A stretch of DNA of 64,000 nt from Malacoraja senta. Taxonomy: Eukaryota. Positions within the stretch are counted from its first letter, which is position 1; every line of letters starts with the position of its first letter. This document shows positions 1 through 13,249 of this stretch, piece after piece. Position numbers and translations under genes: made by a program. Under the pieces are notes generated by a model. It had not been told where the DNA came from. It ran no database searches and saw only the letters and a program-made list of their open reading frames with translations. The stretch covers positions 21,826,001-21,890,000 of the forward strand of contig CM075987.1 of NCBI GenBank assembly GCA_038087875.1, given 5' to 3'.

Positions 1-366
1 TGGATATCCTAAAACAATGAAAGGACTTGCGCAAATCCAAGTTCTTCTTTCCAGAGTGCAAAGATCAAGCCACCCCATCTCCCAACTTTCGAAACTGCCC
101 ATAGTATCCCCAAATTAGTTAACCTTGAGTACGTAAATGAGACTGCCATTTCAAATACTCGTACCTACTGACTAGAGTCCGAACTCCTAAATCTCCGTTC
201 TGTTCACTAAACTTAGCCCAAAGAAGATTTTTGTTACAGTACTGTTACAATAAAAGTCTACTAGGTCTTCTAAAGAAGGTGGAAAAAAAGGCGTTTGGTA
301 ACCCACACTCCCAAATCCCTCAAGCAGAAGTGCAAGGCCATCACTCTTTGTGTTACATCAGCATAC

Positions 367-511
367 CTGGATTCCGCAGGTTCCAGGCTGCCAAGCGACC
401 AAAAATTTCAAAGAAATCAAGGAGATACTGCTTCCCAGCCTGCGGGATCATTGGCAGGAGGATGATTAATACAAGAACTCCAGTAGTCAGGAATACAACC
501 TCCGTGTCCGT
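367..511 (-). CDS. TSC1: TSC1 (hamartin) coding exon 4 (equivalent to human exon 6); gene continues left of the window
   Basis: Acceptor ttctctacag| and donor CCAG|gtatgc; 145 nt; translates [48 protein letters not shown](G), matching the hamartin N-terminal domain and the human exon size. Confidence 0.96.
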
Positions 512-919
512 CTGTAGAGAAGATCAAATTAACAAAGGCAGACCATGAGAAATTTAAGAGATTGGATAACAAAACATGAATGGCATCCCTCAATGCCCGA
601 GGCAATGAGAATAGTTTTAAAATAATGCTTCTGTTACATTTTAGCAATCAGAAGCCTGCTCACTGGCTTGATCTGTCCATTTAATAAGATCATAGACGAT
701 TTGTATTTACCCAGTCTGTATGCTTATGATTCCAGATGCTTTAATAATCACACCCCATAAATCCAAGGATTTAATAATCATATCCCATAAATCCAACCCC
801 AAATTGACAACTTTCTGGAAGACATGATTCCAGTTTACCACATGACTTTACCAGGCACAGAAAAGCCTTTTCCCCCCCGAAACCCTAGCATTAAAATACA
901 CAAAATCTGATGCGTCAGC

Positions 920-1150
920 TGTAACTCAATGGGCAACACTCAGAATCACAAGGTTGCAGGTACAGGCCCCACTTAATGTACTCTAGTACACAATGCAGGC
1001 AGACATTTCCATGCAGTAACAAAGGAATAGTGCAGTGTCAGGAGGTACTGTCTATCCCATTTGTGGATTCTGAAGACTAGAGAGGTCTTCCATGTCCTGC
1101 CCAATATTTATCCAAACACCACAGCATAACTCAACCAGGTTTCTTGGTCA
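920..1150 (+). mobile_element. Old DeuSINE/SacSINE-like remnant (similar remnants near 9120-9420 and 56830-57160)
   Basis: Degenerate motifs gtgcagtgtcaggaggtactgtct and gtcctgcccaatatttatcc resemble the Deu-domain SINE core. Confidence 0.45.
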
Positions 1151-1154
1151 TTAG

Positions 1155-1245
1155 CAAAACAAGTGCTGGAGGAACTCAGCAGGTCAGGCAGCATCTGTGG
1201 AGGGAATGGACAGGAGATGTTTCGGATCAGGATCCTTCTTCAGAA
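1155..1245 (-). mobile_element. Penelope-like element (PLE) terminal-repeat fragment with hammerhead-like core
   Basis: Minus strand 1216-1243 reads CTGAAGA-A-GGATC-CT-GATCC-GAAACATC. Confidence 0.7.
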
Positions 1246-1780
1246 CGATACCAGGTCATTGCCTCACTGAAGCCCTTGAGATAATGTATATTATTATTTT
1301 TTTAAATTACCCAGTGACCAATGACCAAAGACCAAAGAGTTGTTTTGGCCAAAGAACTTTGGTATTCTCCAAGACATCCAAGAGCAAAAAATACTTTTCA
1401 GGCAAGGGACAAAAACAAGTCACAGACTCATCTATATAAAATATCATTCAGAGACAATCCAGTCTGATTATTTGGAAGCGTCCAATTGGAAATCAAAAGG
1501 ATATGGGGGCTATGAGGATTGAGAGAGAAGGGGAGGAAAGGAGATCTGACTTTATATTCAGATTATTTCAAAATCTTCATGGACAAAATGACGAAGTAAG
1601 CCACTCAAGTCCACTAGTAACGCAATTATAATTTAAATCCATACTCTGCCATCGTTAAGCAGGTAAGTCATTGTGAAAGCACATCTTGTGTGGAAACATG
1701 AAATAAGATAGAAACACTGGGGGCATGAAGAGAAAAATAAAGTTCAGTTAAAGAAGATTTAAAAATTATGAATACTGAAC

Positions 1781-1933
1781 CTTCAGACACTTGAGCAGTG
1801 AAACCAGCACAGGTGCACGGCAGAGTTTATGAATCCAAGTTGGTTCGCGTCGGATAACGTGACCCAATAATGTTACGGCAGATAGTCGAGTGACTGCCTT
1901 CCCCATGCACTCGTTTAGTCGATCCAAAAGATG
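1781..1933 (-). CDS. TSC1: TSC1 coding exon 3 (equivalent to human exon 5)
   Basis: Pyrimidine-rich acceptor ending ttttcag| and donor AAG|gttcag; 153 nt; [51 protein letters not shown]. Confidence 0.96.
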
Positions 1934-4094
1934 CTGAAAAAAGAAAGAAGTGGACTGAATTCTGGAGACTCCCCCAATTTACCCACCAAATTTGGATTAA
2001 AAACCAATAGGCATTTGTGAGTCTAAGACATAGACACATATCATATCACATGCATAGTTACATAACTAGACTAGTAGTTTGGAATGTGCGGTCAAATCCC
2101 ATTATAGCAGTTAGTAAATTTAGAACCATTTGAGTGATACATCGATACAAGTTATTTGGCCCAGGTCTGTGCCAGAACTTTGAATTCAGTTTTGTTGTGC
2201 TAAATTCTGGGATCAAATCCAGAATCAGTAAAAAATAATCCATGTTGTGAATCGTTACAATGGGTCAAGCAGCTCACTAATGTTCATTCAGATAGCAGAC
2301 TGCAGTCGTGGACATTGTGCAACTCTTGTTCCCTACCTAGGCTATTTTAAAACTTCTCAAATGCATTAGTGCTGCTAGCCTTGCTTATTAAGATTCCCAC
2401 CAAGATGATTTTAAATAGGCTAATCCCAGTACTAAATCACAGTTAAACTTCCAATTGCAACTAGCCTGACAGGTTCTTAATGTCACCTCTCCTTACCTCA
2501 TTGATGGGAGGGGGATCCGAGTGTGGTGTTACAGTAAAATTTGCTCTCCTTGCAGACAGCAATTTTTCTGGCAGCAGTAATATTTAAGATCCCCATCGTT
2601 CAGTTGATGTACACAGTAGTTGGCATGGAAAGGACTCTTGGACATGAGCCTTTACCAGATACAGAGGGATTACTCCAATGCCCTTGAATATCAAGTGGGT
2701 CACGAGAAGAAAACAGCTGGGAACCTTGCTATTGACTTTTAGCCAATGCTTAAAAAACAAACATGATACTTGGTCGAGGCAGATGGAAAAAGGCCAGATT
2801 GCGTGGAGTGCAGTAAGCAATCAGTGTCCATATGTGAACACTCGCACAATTTACCATCTTGCCAAGAGAAAGGTCTGAAGATTGAAACACATTTGGTCCT
2901 CTCAAGGCTACGGTTCCCATCACCATCTTTCTTTTGAATGTTCTCAGGCATCCAGTCCCAGTGGTCTTTGAGAAGATGGGGATGGATCATTTTCTTAAAT
3001 TAATCCAACCTGTGTTGAAGGTTCTCATGCTGGACTGGTAGAGAGGAAGACCAAAGAAATGCATCTAACATCAGTGAATAATGTATGTACACCATCCACC
3101 TTAAGTAAATTGTTTTGAATCCTGCAGATTATGTTTGGTGCAGCCATGGTGCACCAGCAGTGCAAGGAATGCACTTTCCACTACAAAAAGTGGGTACTGT
3201 ACAACTCCCCCTAAATATAACCACACTATAGTACAGAAAGGCACGACTGATAGTATTTTTTAATATAAAGGCAATTATGAGAGCATGAAAGCAGAGCTCA
3301 AGTGAACTGAAGTTAAGGGAAGGTCAATCAAGATACAGTGGCAGGCATTTAAAAAGGGCCTTTCAGAATACAGCACAATACACTTGAATGAATAAGGAAG
3401 AGGTAAAAAGTATGAAACTTAATGAAAACTCATAATTGTAAAAAGATAGGTGGCGTGTCAAAAGATTAGACAAAATATGAAAAGCTGCAAAGAATGACTG
3501 AAAAATTAAGGAAGGAAATAGTTTACAAGATAAAAAATGGAAAGCAGATCGTAAGAATTTCCACAGATATTTAACAATTAATTAACCAAGTGAGCATTGG
3601 TCATACAAACAGCAAATCTGTGAAGATGATAATTGAAAATAGCAAAATGGCAGATGAGTTAGGCCGATCTTCAACAAAGGATACAAGTTTCAAAAATAGA
3701 TTTATATTGGGAATCGGATCAAGAAAATTACAACCACTGAGGCAGCGAAACGGAAGAAATTGTCTGAACAGACGATAGCCAAGTCTTGGAGCACTGAAAC
3801 TTCATTCAAGAGAGTTAATGCCGTTTTTAATTTTCAAAATTTGCACAGAGGACTCTATTAAAAGCAGCAAATTTAACTTCTTTATACAAAATGGAAGCAA
3901 GGCAAACCCCAAAAACGCAGGAGAATTTGCTTAACATTGGGGAAAACATTAGAAGGCAATATAATGAATATTAGCACAAGGGGCTTCGGAAAATTCAGAG
4001 TCAATGTGGTTTCTTTAAAAGGAAATCATGTGCAATCACATTATTTGAGGTAACATGTGCTGGAGATAAAGGGGAACCAATGGATGAACTGGCA

Positions 4095-4780
4095 ATGTAT
4101 TCCAGGTGCCCACCACTCTCTGTGTTAAACTTGCCTCGCGCATTATCTTTAAACTTTGCCCCCGTCACCTTAAGCTCTGCCTTCTAGTTTTTGACATTTC
4201 CACCCTGGAGAAAAAGGTTCTGTCCATCCACCCTATCTATGCCTTTCAATTGTATAGACTTTTATCAGGTTTCCCCTCCAAATTTCCAGAGAAAACAATC
4301 CAAATTTGTCCAACCTCTCTATAGATTACACCTTCTAATCCAGGCACCATTCTCCATTCTTCCTGTAATGGGGCAACCAGAATTGCACCCCAAACTCCAT
4401 ATGCAGCATAATCAAAGTCTAATAGAGCTGCATCATGACCTCTTGACTCTTATACTCAATGCCCTGATCAATGAAAGCAAGCATACAATTTGCCTCCTTT
4501 ACCACATGTTGCCACTTTCAGGGATTTATGAACTTGGACCTCAAGATTCCCCTTTATATCAATGCTGTTAAGGGTCTTGCCATTAACTCTATACATTCCT
4601 CTTACATTCAAACTCCCAAACTGCAACACCTCACACTTTCTCAGGTTATACTCCATCTGCCATTTCTCCGCCCACTTCTGTAACTGATCCATATCCTGCT
4701 GCATACTTTGACAACCTTCCTCCCTGTCCACCACACCACTGATTTTGGTGTTATCTGCAAACTTACTAATCAATCCATCT
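4095..4780 (-). mobile_element. CR1-clade LINE fragment (RT C-terminus to 3' region)
   Basis: ORF 4468-4773: ISKFADNTKISGVVD...LQKWAEKWQMEYNLRKCEVLQFG, a typical CR1 RT motif. Confidence 0.9.
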
Positions 4781-4950
4781 ACAAGTTGCTTTGATTTCCT
4801 TCCACCTCCCAGACATATTGGTAGATTAATTGGCCACTATGAATTAATCCTTTTACCTCTTATCTACACTAAGGAGTATCAGGGCACTTGGTGATTGTGC
4901 AATTAAATGCATAAATATAAATATGTCTTCAAAGTCACCACACTGCTTAC

Positions 4951-5054
4951 CTTATCATGAGGCTCCTGTACAGCTGCAAGAATCTGCACAGCAGGCAGAG
5001 AATTATTTTCCAAGTAATGATCGACTAATGAGTTCAGCATCAAGGGGCCACGTT
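4951..5054 (-). CDS. TSC1: TSC1 coding exon 2 (equivalent to human exon 4)
   Basis: Acceptor tctgcag| and donor AAG|gtaagc; 104 nt; (E)RGPLMLNSLVDHYLENNSLPAVQILAAVQEPHDK. Confidence 0.96.
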
Positions 5055-5749
5055 CTGCAGACATATCAACAAATAGTTGACACATACACGGAAATTTTAC
5101 CAGTTGAGCAAGAGTTCACTCAACTTTGCAAAATGGCATTTCAAAATACATTGGTTAAAGAGGATGACTCCATGATCCTTTGCATGAAATAATGTATCTA
5201 GTTCAATCACTCACTGAGCCTCGACTGGGAACAACGTGATCACCACACTACGATAGTTGCAGAGGTAAAACAAAATTAACCACAAGGAGAGCCAAGAGAA
5301 ATTGGGATTGGTGTTAGATGAATGTTTGAGGTAAATATCACTGAGGGTGCTGCAGGTTTGACAGGCTGTCCACTGACTAAAAAACAAACTGTTGGAGGAA
5401 CTCGGCAGGTCAAGTCACATTTATGGAGGGGGGGGGGGGAAGAAAATGTTAATGATTCAAGTCAAGACACTGCATTAGGAACGACACAGAGTCTCGACAC
5501 AAAACGCTAATAATTCCTACTGTCTGCACCCCCACAAAACAGATGCTGCTCAAAGCGCTGGTTCTTTTAGCAATTGTATTTTTGCTCCATCTGCAGTCTC
5601 ATATTATTTTTACTCACTTGTTAATGAATTAAGCAGTATTTAAGGAAATTGGCACGAAAAAGGGGTAGGTGCAGAGAATATTACATAAAACGGATTTTTA
5701 AAATCTGAAACGCAAAGGTTACAATGATCTATTTTCCATTTTACTTAAA

Positions 5750-5945
5750 CTTCATCCCCTTTGTCCTGTTTTCACCCCTTATTTTTCCTTTTCTATGTAT
5801 CTCCCTCTCCCCTGACATCAGTCTGAAGAAGGGTCTCGACCCGAAACGTCACCTATCTCCAGAGATGCTGCCTGTCCCGCTGAGTTACTCCAGCATTTTG
5901 TGTCTATCTTCGGTTTAACTAGCATCTGCAGTTCCTTCCTGCACA
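5750..5945 (+). mobile_element. PLE terminal repeat with intact minimal hammerhead core at 5823-5850
   Basis: CTGAAGA-A-GGGTC-TC-GACCC-GAAACGTC followed by the family tail ...agagatgctgcctgtcccgctgagttactccagc...gcagttccttcct. Confidence 0.85.
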
Positions 5946-6224
5946 GGAACATTAATCTGGAAATACTCTTGTGTCATTGAAGGCCAATTTAAGAGAGTTG
6001 TCCTCCAATTCTTTGTACTTCTGCCAAAGTTTAATGAAAATATAGGAAATTTAAGATTTTCCATTACCAGAGATGGAGTAAACCGAGATACCTAAACTGC
6101 AAGCCACACATTGTGGCTGAAAGGAAGATTTTCATTGTATCTATAACTTGCCATACTTGTGCATATAAACTTAATTCACCTCCATTTAATTTACTGGAAG
6201 GCTTTTTGGTTAGAGGGCAATAGC

Positions 6225-6633
6225 TATAATATGAGGCTGAACAAACTTGGATTATTTTCTCTGAAGCGTTGGAGGATGAGACCTGATAAAATTATATAAC
6301 ATTATCTGAGGCACAGATAAGGTAGAGAGTCAGAACTTTATTCTCAAGGTGGAAATTTCAAAGACTGGAGGACATAACTTTAAGGTGAAAGATGCAAAGT
6401 TTTGAGGAGATGTGCAGGGCAAGGTTTTTTTTACACTGAGAATGGTGGGTGTCTGGAACATGCTGTGGAGGGTGGTAGTGGTGGAGGCATAGAAACAACA
6501 GTGGCAATTAAGAGGCTTCTAGATGGGTACACAAATCTGCAGGGAATGGAAGAGTATAGATTAAATTAGTTAAGCTTGGTATCATGTTTGGCATAGACAT
6601 TGGTCTGTTCTTGAGCTGTACTGTTCTATGTTC
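6225..6633 (+). mobile_element. CR1/HER1 LINE 3' end
   Basis: Degenerate GLFSL..RG..FFT..VVGVWN coding remnant ending in the tail gctgtactgttctatgttc. Confidence 0.8.
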
Positions 6634-6835
6634 CACTTCTCATAGTTGTAATCTCAGAAAAATATTGTGTAACAATGAGACTCCTAAACTAACCCGTGGT
6701 GATGCAAGCACTGCCAAAGTCTAAAAGATATTAACCAAAATATACTTTGTGATTTAAAAAAAAAAGTATATTTAAACAAAAAGAAAAACCCCAACAGGAC
6801 GAGCGTTTGAGAGACAAGTCCCAGCACAGCCTGAC

Positions 6836-6941
6836 CTGAGCGAAGGTGGTCCACAACAAGTCCTTTCACGTCCTCAAAGATTTCAAGATTTGTAGATTCC
6901 AACAGCAGAACCAGGTCACCAACATTCACCGGCTGCGTCAT
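6836..6941 (-). CDS. TSC1: TSC1 first coding exon (ATG at 6941; exon including 76 nt of UTR spans 6836-7017)
   Basis: MTQPVNVGDLVLLLESTNLEIFEDVKGLVVDHLRS resembles human MAQQANVGELLAMLDS; 106 coding nt, donor CAG|gtcagg, acceptor tcttgtattttag| at 7018. Phases of all four exons are compatible. Confidence 0.95.
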
Positions 6942-7689
6942 GCTGTGTGCGCTTCACGTGTATCGCCTCCTCGGTTCCACCCTCTGCAACGCTAAACTGC
7001 CGACTAGCAGGGCAGCACTAAAATACAAGAAGATGGTAACATAAGAAATAAGAGAAGGCTATTCAGCCCCAGATGCCATTCAATATCACAGCTGGTTTTT
7101 GACACCCGCATCACTTTCCTGCAGTTTGAAGAAGGGTCTTGACCCGAAACGTTACCTATCCATCTTCTCCAGAGATGCTGTCTCTGGGTCCACAGAATCA
7201 CTCCAGCACTTTGTGTCCTTTTGTCACTTTCCTGCACAAACTCCATGTCCCATGATTCCCATTGCATTTAAAATCCACTGGTTTCCAACTTAAATACACC
7301 CAGCAATCAAGTCTCCAGACGCTGCTCGAGTAGAAAATTCCAAAAATTCACATCCTCAAGCTATTCAGGAATTTTCAAAGGATCATTCTCATTCTTCTAA
7401 ACTCAAGCGAAAACAGTCCCTATCTGACTAATGTTTAGATAAACCTTTGTTTTCCTTCCTGTCTCACAGATATATCATTCTTTACAGAGGAAGGCACCTC
7501 TCCCGATCTGATCTCACCAGCACACTCTATAAGTAGATCAAGATGTCCCTATTCAAACTTCAATTCTCTCGTAATGAAAGTCAACATACCGATTACTTTT
7601 TAAATTGCTTTTTTATACCTGCCGCATCCTCAGGACCTGAGCGGATCAGCTGTCAGAGGTATTTATTGACATCTTTAACCTCTCACTAC

Positions 7690-8400
7690 TCCATTCTGAA
7701 GACCCCACCTTCTTCAAAAAGACCACCATGGTCCCTGTGCCAAAGAAAGTAAGGTAGCGTGCCTCAATGACCACTGTTCAGAATTTCATTGTCCTATCTG
7801 GGACATATGACAATAAAACACTCTTGACTCAGTGGCTCAGACAACCACCAACCACCATGAAGTGCTTCAAGAGACTGGTGGTGGTGCACATTATCGCCAG
7901 CCTCGGTATAAGGCGCCCGTAAATAAATTCATTATTATTATTACCCTCTTGATGCATTCCCTCTGCCCCAAGAAGGACAAAGGAGCTAGTTATTGACCGG
8001 GAAGCATGGCGGAATGCATGCCTCAATCAGCATCAATGCTGCAGAATTGGAAATGGTGGAGAGCTTCAAGTTCCGTAGCGTTAATATTACCAATGATCTG
8101 TCATGGACATCGAGGATGCCACAGCCAAGAAGGCACAACAACATGAGGAAATTCTGCAGGTCTCTAGTGACTCTTACAAACTTCTACAGACCTTAGAAAG
8201 TATACTGTTGGGTTGCATTAAGGCTTAGATTTTGAACTATATTCTGCACTCTGTATCTTACCCGTTGCTCTATCTATGGTACTTCAGTTTGACTTGATTG
8301 TATTTATGTATAGTATATCTAATCTGTTTGGACAGCATGCAAACTAAAGCTTTTCACTGTACCTCATTACACGTGACATTAAACCCAAACCTGCATGCTG
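7690..8400 (+). mobile_element. Rex1/Babar-like LINE fragments
   Basis: Remnants PT.FKKTTMVPVPK, TTMKCFKRLV and SINAAELEMVESFKF.SVNITNDLSW, plus tail aagcttttcactgtacctc...cacgtgaca. Confidence 0.7.
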
Positions 8401-9419
8401 ACTTCAGTGATGCAGGGCTTTTTGACAAACATCTCCTTTCAATCTCTCACCATTAAAAAAGATACTGTGCGCTTATATTTTATGCCAACATAGATCTCAG
8501 GAATTAATCTGGTGAACCTACACCACAATCCCTTGATTGCTTTCTTGAGCAAAATGACCAAAATTGCTTAAGATACTCCAGGAGTTACCTCATCAAGCCC
8601 TATACAGTTGTAGATATTCTTACTTCTGTACTCGATTCTCTTGCCAAGAAGACCAACATTCTATTTATCTTCTTAAATGCTTGTAGCAGTTACATGTTTG
8701 TTTTCAATGATTGGTGTACATCCACATCAAGGTTCTTTTTTTCCTTAGTATCTCCCAGTCTATCACCATACATATAACATGCCATGTGTTTGTTTTTTCT
8801 TCCAAAAGGAATAACTTCACATTCATCAACATTACACTGAATCAGCCATGTTTGTTTTTAACTAGGCAAGCAATCTGTGTAATCCATCTTTGCATTCCTC
8901 AATAGATAAATGTAGAGGGTCTTAACAATCTAAATGATTGATGTTTACGGATCCAGTGATGAGGTAGAAAATCACCACCATTGTTTGAAACTTTCCTGGC
9001 TTTATAACTGACCTCTGGCTAGCTGGTGTTCAACCATGCTCCTATCTGCAATACAAGTGTGAAAAATCTCAACTAAGAAGCTTCAGCTTTTCTTGCTGCA
9101 GCTCAGCAGACTGCAATTATTTCCATGTCAGATTCAAGTTCACGTCAGAGTCATGCACACTCCTGGCAAACACTCCTAATGCAGTACAGAGGCTGTACTG
9201 GCTTGTCACATCCACTGTCTTTCAAATAGGATAACCAGTTCTGTGAGATAAAATTGATCCCATGCCACAAATTTGAAGTGAATTATTGCCACATTTTGTC
9301 CAATATTTATCCCAAACCATTGCTGGAAAATACATAAAATGGTCATGAACTCATTGGTGTTTTTAAGGCCTTTGCCACGCACAAATTAATTGCCATTGTT
9401 CTTAGGTTACAATGCCAAC

Positions 9420-10183
9420 GGGTGGCGCCGTCAGCGATGGCAGCCGCGCCAACGGTCTGTCAGTCTTTTTGTCTCTTTTGTTATTTTTAGTGTTTTAAAG
9501 TATGTGTTAATGTTCTCTGGTTTGTTTTATGTGGGGGGTGGGGGAGGGGGTCAGGGGAAACTTTTTTCAATCTCTTACGTTGGCGGAGATGCGATTGTTT
9601 TCCGGATCGTATCTCCGGTCGCTCTGCGGCCTAACATCATGGAGCTGGCGACCTTGCTCGAGACTGACTTTGAGCCCCACCGCGGGGCCGTGGACATACC
9701 ATCGGAGCCTGCGATCCCTTAGCCTGGGATCGACGCTCCAACCACAGCCTGCAGATTTCAACATCGAGGACCTCGCAGTCTCGGGTAGACTGATGTCGGG
9801 AAGCTCCAAAGTCGCAGGAGGTTCGACCAGCCCCTCCAGGGGTCCGATCGCCCGGCGCAGGGGAGCTGAGACCCCCCCCCCCGATGCGGGAGCTTGATCG
9901 CCCCGACGCGGAGGGCCTGACCGCAGGCTATGGGAGACAAGATCGTCCCATCAATGAAAGGCTCGAGGCCCCCGACCACGAGAGGACAAAGAAGGAAAGA
10001 GATTGGACTTTTTTAACTTCGCCTTCCATCACAGTTATAAATATGGAGGAGTCACTGTGGCGGATGTTTAAGTTAAAATGTATTTTGTGTGTTTTGTTGC
10101 TTTTTTTATTGGCATGACTGTATGGCAAATCAAATTCCTCGTATGTTGCAAAACATACTTGGCTAATAAAGTATGATTATGAT
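9420..10183 (+). mobile_element. Young CpG-rich non-autonomous retroelement with LINE-type tail
   Basis: Abrupt CpG-rich block in an AT-rich intron, ending aattcctcgtatgttgcaaaacatacttggctaataaagtatgattatgat; no credible ORF. Confidence 0.6.
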
Positions 10184-12078
10184 AGTCAATACAAGTCAAA
10201 TACAGTCCAATGAATGTAAAAGCCGAGTACTGAGATGCTATGAAGATCTCGCAGTGGAGTAGACAAAGTGTTATATGAAGATCTATGGAGCTATGAAGAT
10301 CTGTTTGTCTGCATGCAATCCACATCATTGATGTAAATTGCGCAACATCTTCAGTGGATCCTGCCGGCAGACCACAGCAGCGACCCATCTGGTTGACACC
10401 AGACCACTCAGCTCGGTCTCAAATAATCATCCTCTTCATGTCGAAGGTCTTCATGGTCAGATGCACCGATGTCATGCTGGTACTCTTCCCTCACCATTAC
10501 CTCCCTTAGGATTCCTGTCTCCTACAAGAAGGCCAAATGACAGGCAGGAGGTGCAAAAGCTGAACGTCAAGCTGCTGATCTCAGCGAACACAGGGAAACT
10601 AAATAATGATTTTGCCGTTTGGAGAAACATGATTCCCCCCTTTAATTCCGCGATGCACAGTTGAGAAGCAACCAAGGAGAACATCAAGAAGGTCTTCATC
10701 CTCAAAGGTGTTTAGAAAGCAAAGTCAGAGAGAATTATGCCATTTCCAATCAAACTTCTTCTATCGAAGGGAGACAATATGGAGGGGGAGAGACTCATAG
10801 GCGAAGAGCTGCCATGCCATGCTCCTTGCCTGGGAATCATCCAGGATTATCTTCCAATCCTGAGTCCGCTCCATGGAGCAGAACAAGATGCCCTCATGTT
10901 TCTTGCAAATGGTTCACAGGGAGAACTCTGATCCACAGCCTTAAGGAAGAGGACAGACAGACAGAAGATATGTGGATCCTTTCCTAGCAGTCAAAACAAC
11001 AAAGAGGCCACTGTTACATTTGTCTACAGCTGTGGACAGAGTCTACAGCTACTAGAGCTTCCTGTCCTCTATCACAGAGGTCTTAGGTCTGGACCAACCA
11101 CTGCCCTGGAGCGGACAGGCTCCATTCATTCCTTTGAGTTGAAGAAAGCACCCAGAAATAACTGCTTACATGCTGTTATACTCACCTCCATGGGAATGAA
11201 TGGGCATAGACCTGCTGGAACACTACACTTCTGGCCAGCAACACGAGAAAGCATAACCACCCTCTACTACAAGCAGAAAAAGGATTGCATCCTGAATTGG
11301 AGATCCATGTTTAAGGTCAACTGTGGATCCTGTCCCAGGCCATTGCCAAAAGGTCAAGTCTGCTCTGGGACAGGTGAAAGATGTGCAAGTTGTAGCAAGA
11401 AATCATTGCCCCTGGACTTAAATCTCTTGCTATGAAGACCAACACGAGTCACTAAAAGTACAAAGAAATCCACCAGCTGGCATGATTTGAAATGTAATGG
11501 AGTTAAAGTGCACTTCAAAAGATTACTTAAATAAAGAAAAGAATGCAATGCTATGGACTGACACAACCCACATAACTGTTTAAACTGTTGAACCTACCCA
11601 ACGAAAAACAACTAAGCAAAGGGGAAATTTGCTTGCAAGGATGATGCATTTGACCGAAACGTTTAGAACGAAAGTGATGGGCGTCTCCACACGACACTGT
11701 GTCCTACTGACCAATTGCCAGCTGGTTCTATTCATTAGCTGTACAGTTGGTGCCAGCACTCACCACATGTCACTGCAGCCAACCCCAAAGATTCACATAG
11801 ATATAACCACAAATGCAACTCCCATCTACAACAATATATAACACAATATGTGCTAACCATATTAATCACTGATCAAGTCCATTTGCAGGAAAGCATGTGA
11901 CAATTGATGGTGCTGTTTCTATTGTGATATCTGTTGACTCCATAATACTGCCCCGTTGTTCACAACGTTTGTCTTGGAACGGTCGGGGGGACCCAAGTAA
12001 ATGGTGAAGACCCCACATTTATTCTTCTGGCAACCCATTAGAAAAAGCCTGCCAGTTGAAAATTAACCATTTACTCAC

Positions 12079-12101
12079 AGTTTTAAGAGACATTTCAAAT
12101 G
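12079..12101 (-). other. TSC1: Candidate 23-nt non-coding (5' UTR) microexon of TSC1
   Basis: Long polypyrimidine tract tcttcttccatctctttttctcctgtag| followed by CATTTGAAATGTCTCTTAAAACT and |gtgagt, in unique sequence between exon 1 and the first coding exon. Confidence 0.55.
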
Positions 12102-13249
12102 CTACAGGAGAAAAAGAGATGGAAGAAGATTAATTGGAAATGTTTTTAGAGACCAATAACAAATATGAGCACCATCTTCAATCAAGCAGACCATTCTAAT
12201 GTTGGAGCATTGTCATCACTATCAAAAGGTCAACAGATCACATGAAATGCTTTAGCATGATTTAATACTGTGGAAGATGGTTTAGAATTGCTTTCACAAA
12301 TATTGGCAATTGTTACATAGGCTCTGGTGAATAAACTATCAGTAAAATTGAAAACATTCTATGGAGTGACCCAGCTAAGTCCTCAAAATTTTTTTCACTT
12401 TGTGTAAAATAAGCAACATTGTGAAAAACACTCCACTGCCATGGATAAGTACAGCACCAAAAATGAAGTAAATCAACACTGCAGATAAATCTATTTCTTG
12501 AATGTCAAAGCTAATACCTCAAGCATTCCCATCATCCAATGTCAGTGCATTGAGACTTCAGAGGGTACTCCCTTTTACAGTAATCACCAAAACTACTTCA
12601 ACAGCATCACTCAGAACTGCGACCTACAAAACTTAGGCAAAGGACAACAAATGCATAATAATATCACAACAGTCTAAATAGGGGGGAAAAAACAACCCTT
12701 CAATGATGAATCAAAATTCCAGAGGTGTGCATAACATAATGAGGTATCCTCACCACACAGACAATAGTTCATGAGAAATAGAAATTGACAGTATTTATTG
12801 AGCAAACTTGCAAAATAAGTAACATATCCTTGTTCTCAGTGGAACAAGTCTGAACGGAGAAAAAAACCCCATAACTGCATTAATATGCCTCCAACCCCTT
12901 CTCAAGAACACAAGAAAAAAATGGGCCATTCAGCCCACATCTGTACCACTGTTCAGTAAAATTATGACTGATCTTTCATGCATTATTAAAACAATGGCAG
13001 GAGCAAAAACTTGCACACAAAATAATCATAGTTCAAAGTCAACTGACAGAAAAGGAGTTGAAAGGATCACTACAGCAAGAACCTTAAGTCCCTTGCAACC
13101 CATACGACACTTGTTTAAACCCCATTCTGGAGGTGGTTGGGGGCGGGACCCAGGAGAGAGAATGCAATAGGAAGATCAGACTTGGCAAATACTTTCACAC
13201 ACCGAGCGATTGCTATACAATGAAAAGTGATCGGAGAGCAGTGAAGGAC

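Noticed and set aside
1..366. Next TSC1 exon (HVAEVYLVHLHAS-like)
   Set aside because: No matching frame was found; it must lie outside the window.
10330..11560. Cluster of 60-108 aa ORFs as a nested gene in the TSC1 5' intron
   Set aside because: No consistent frame or splice pattern; it looks like a heavily decayed LINE whose family I cannot assign confidently.
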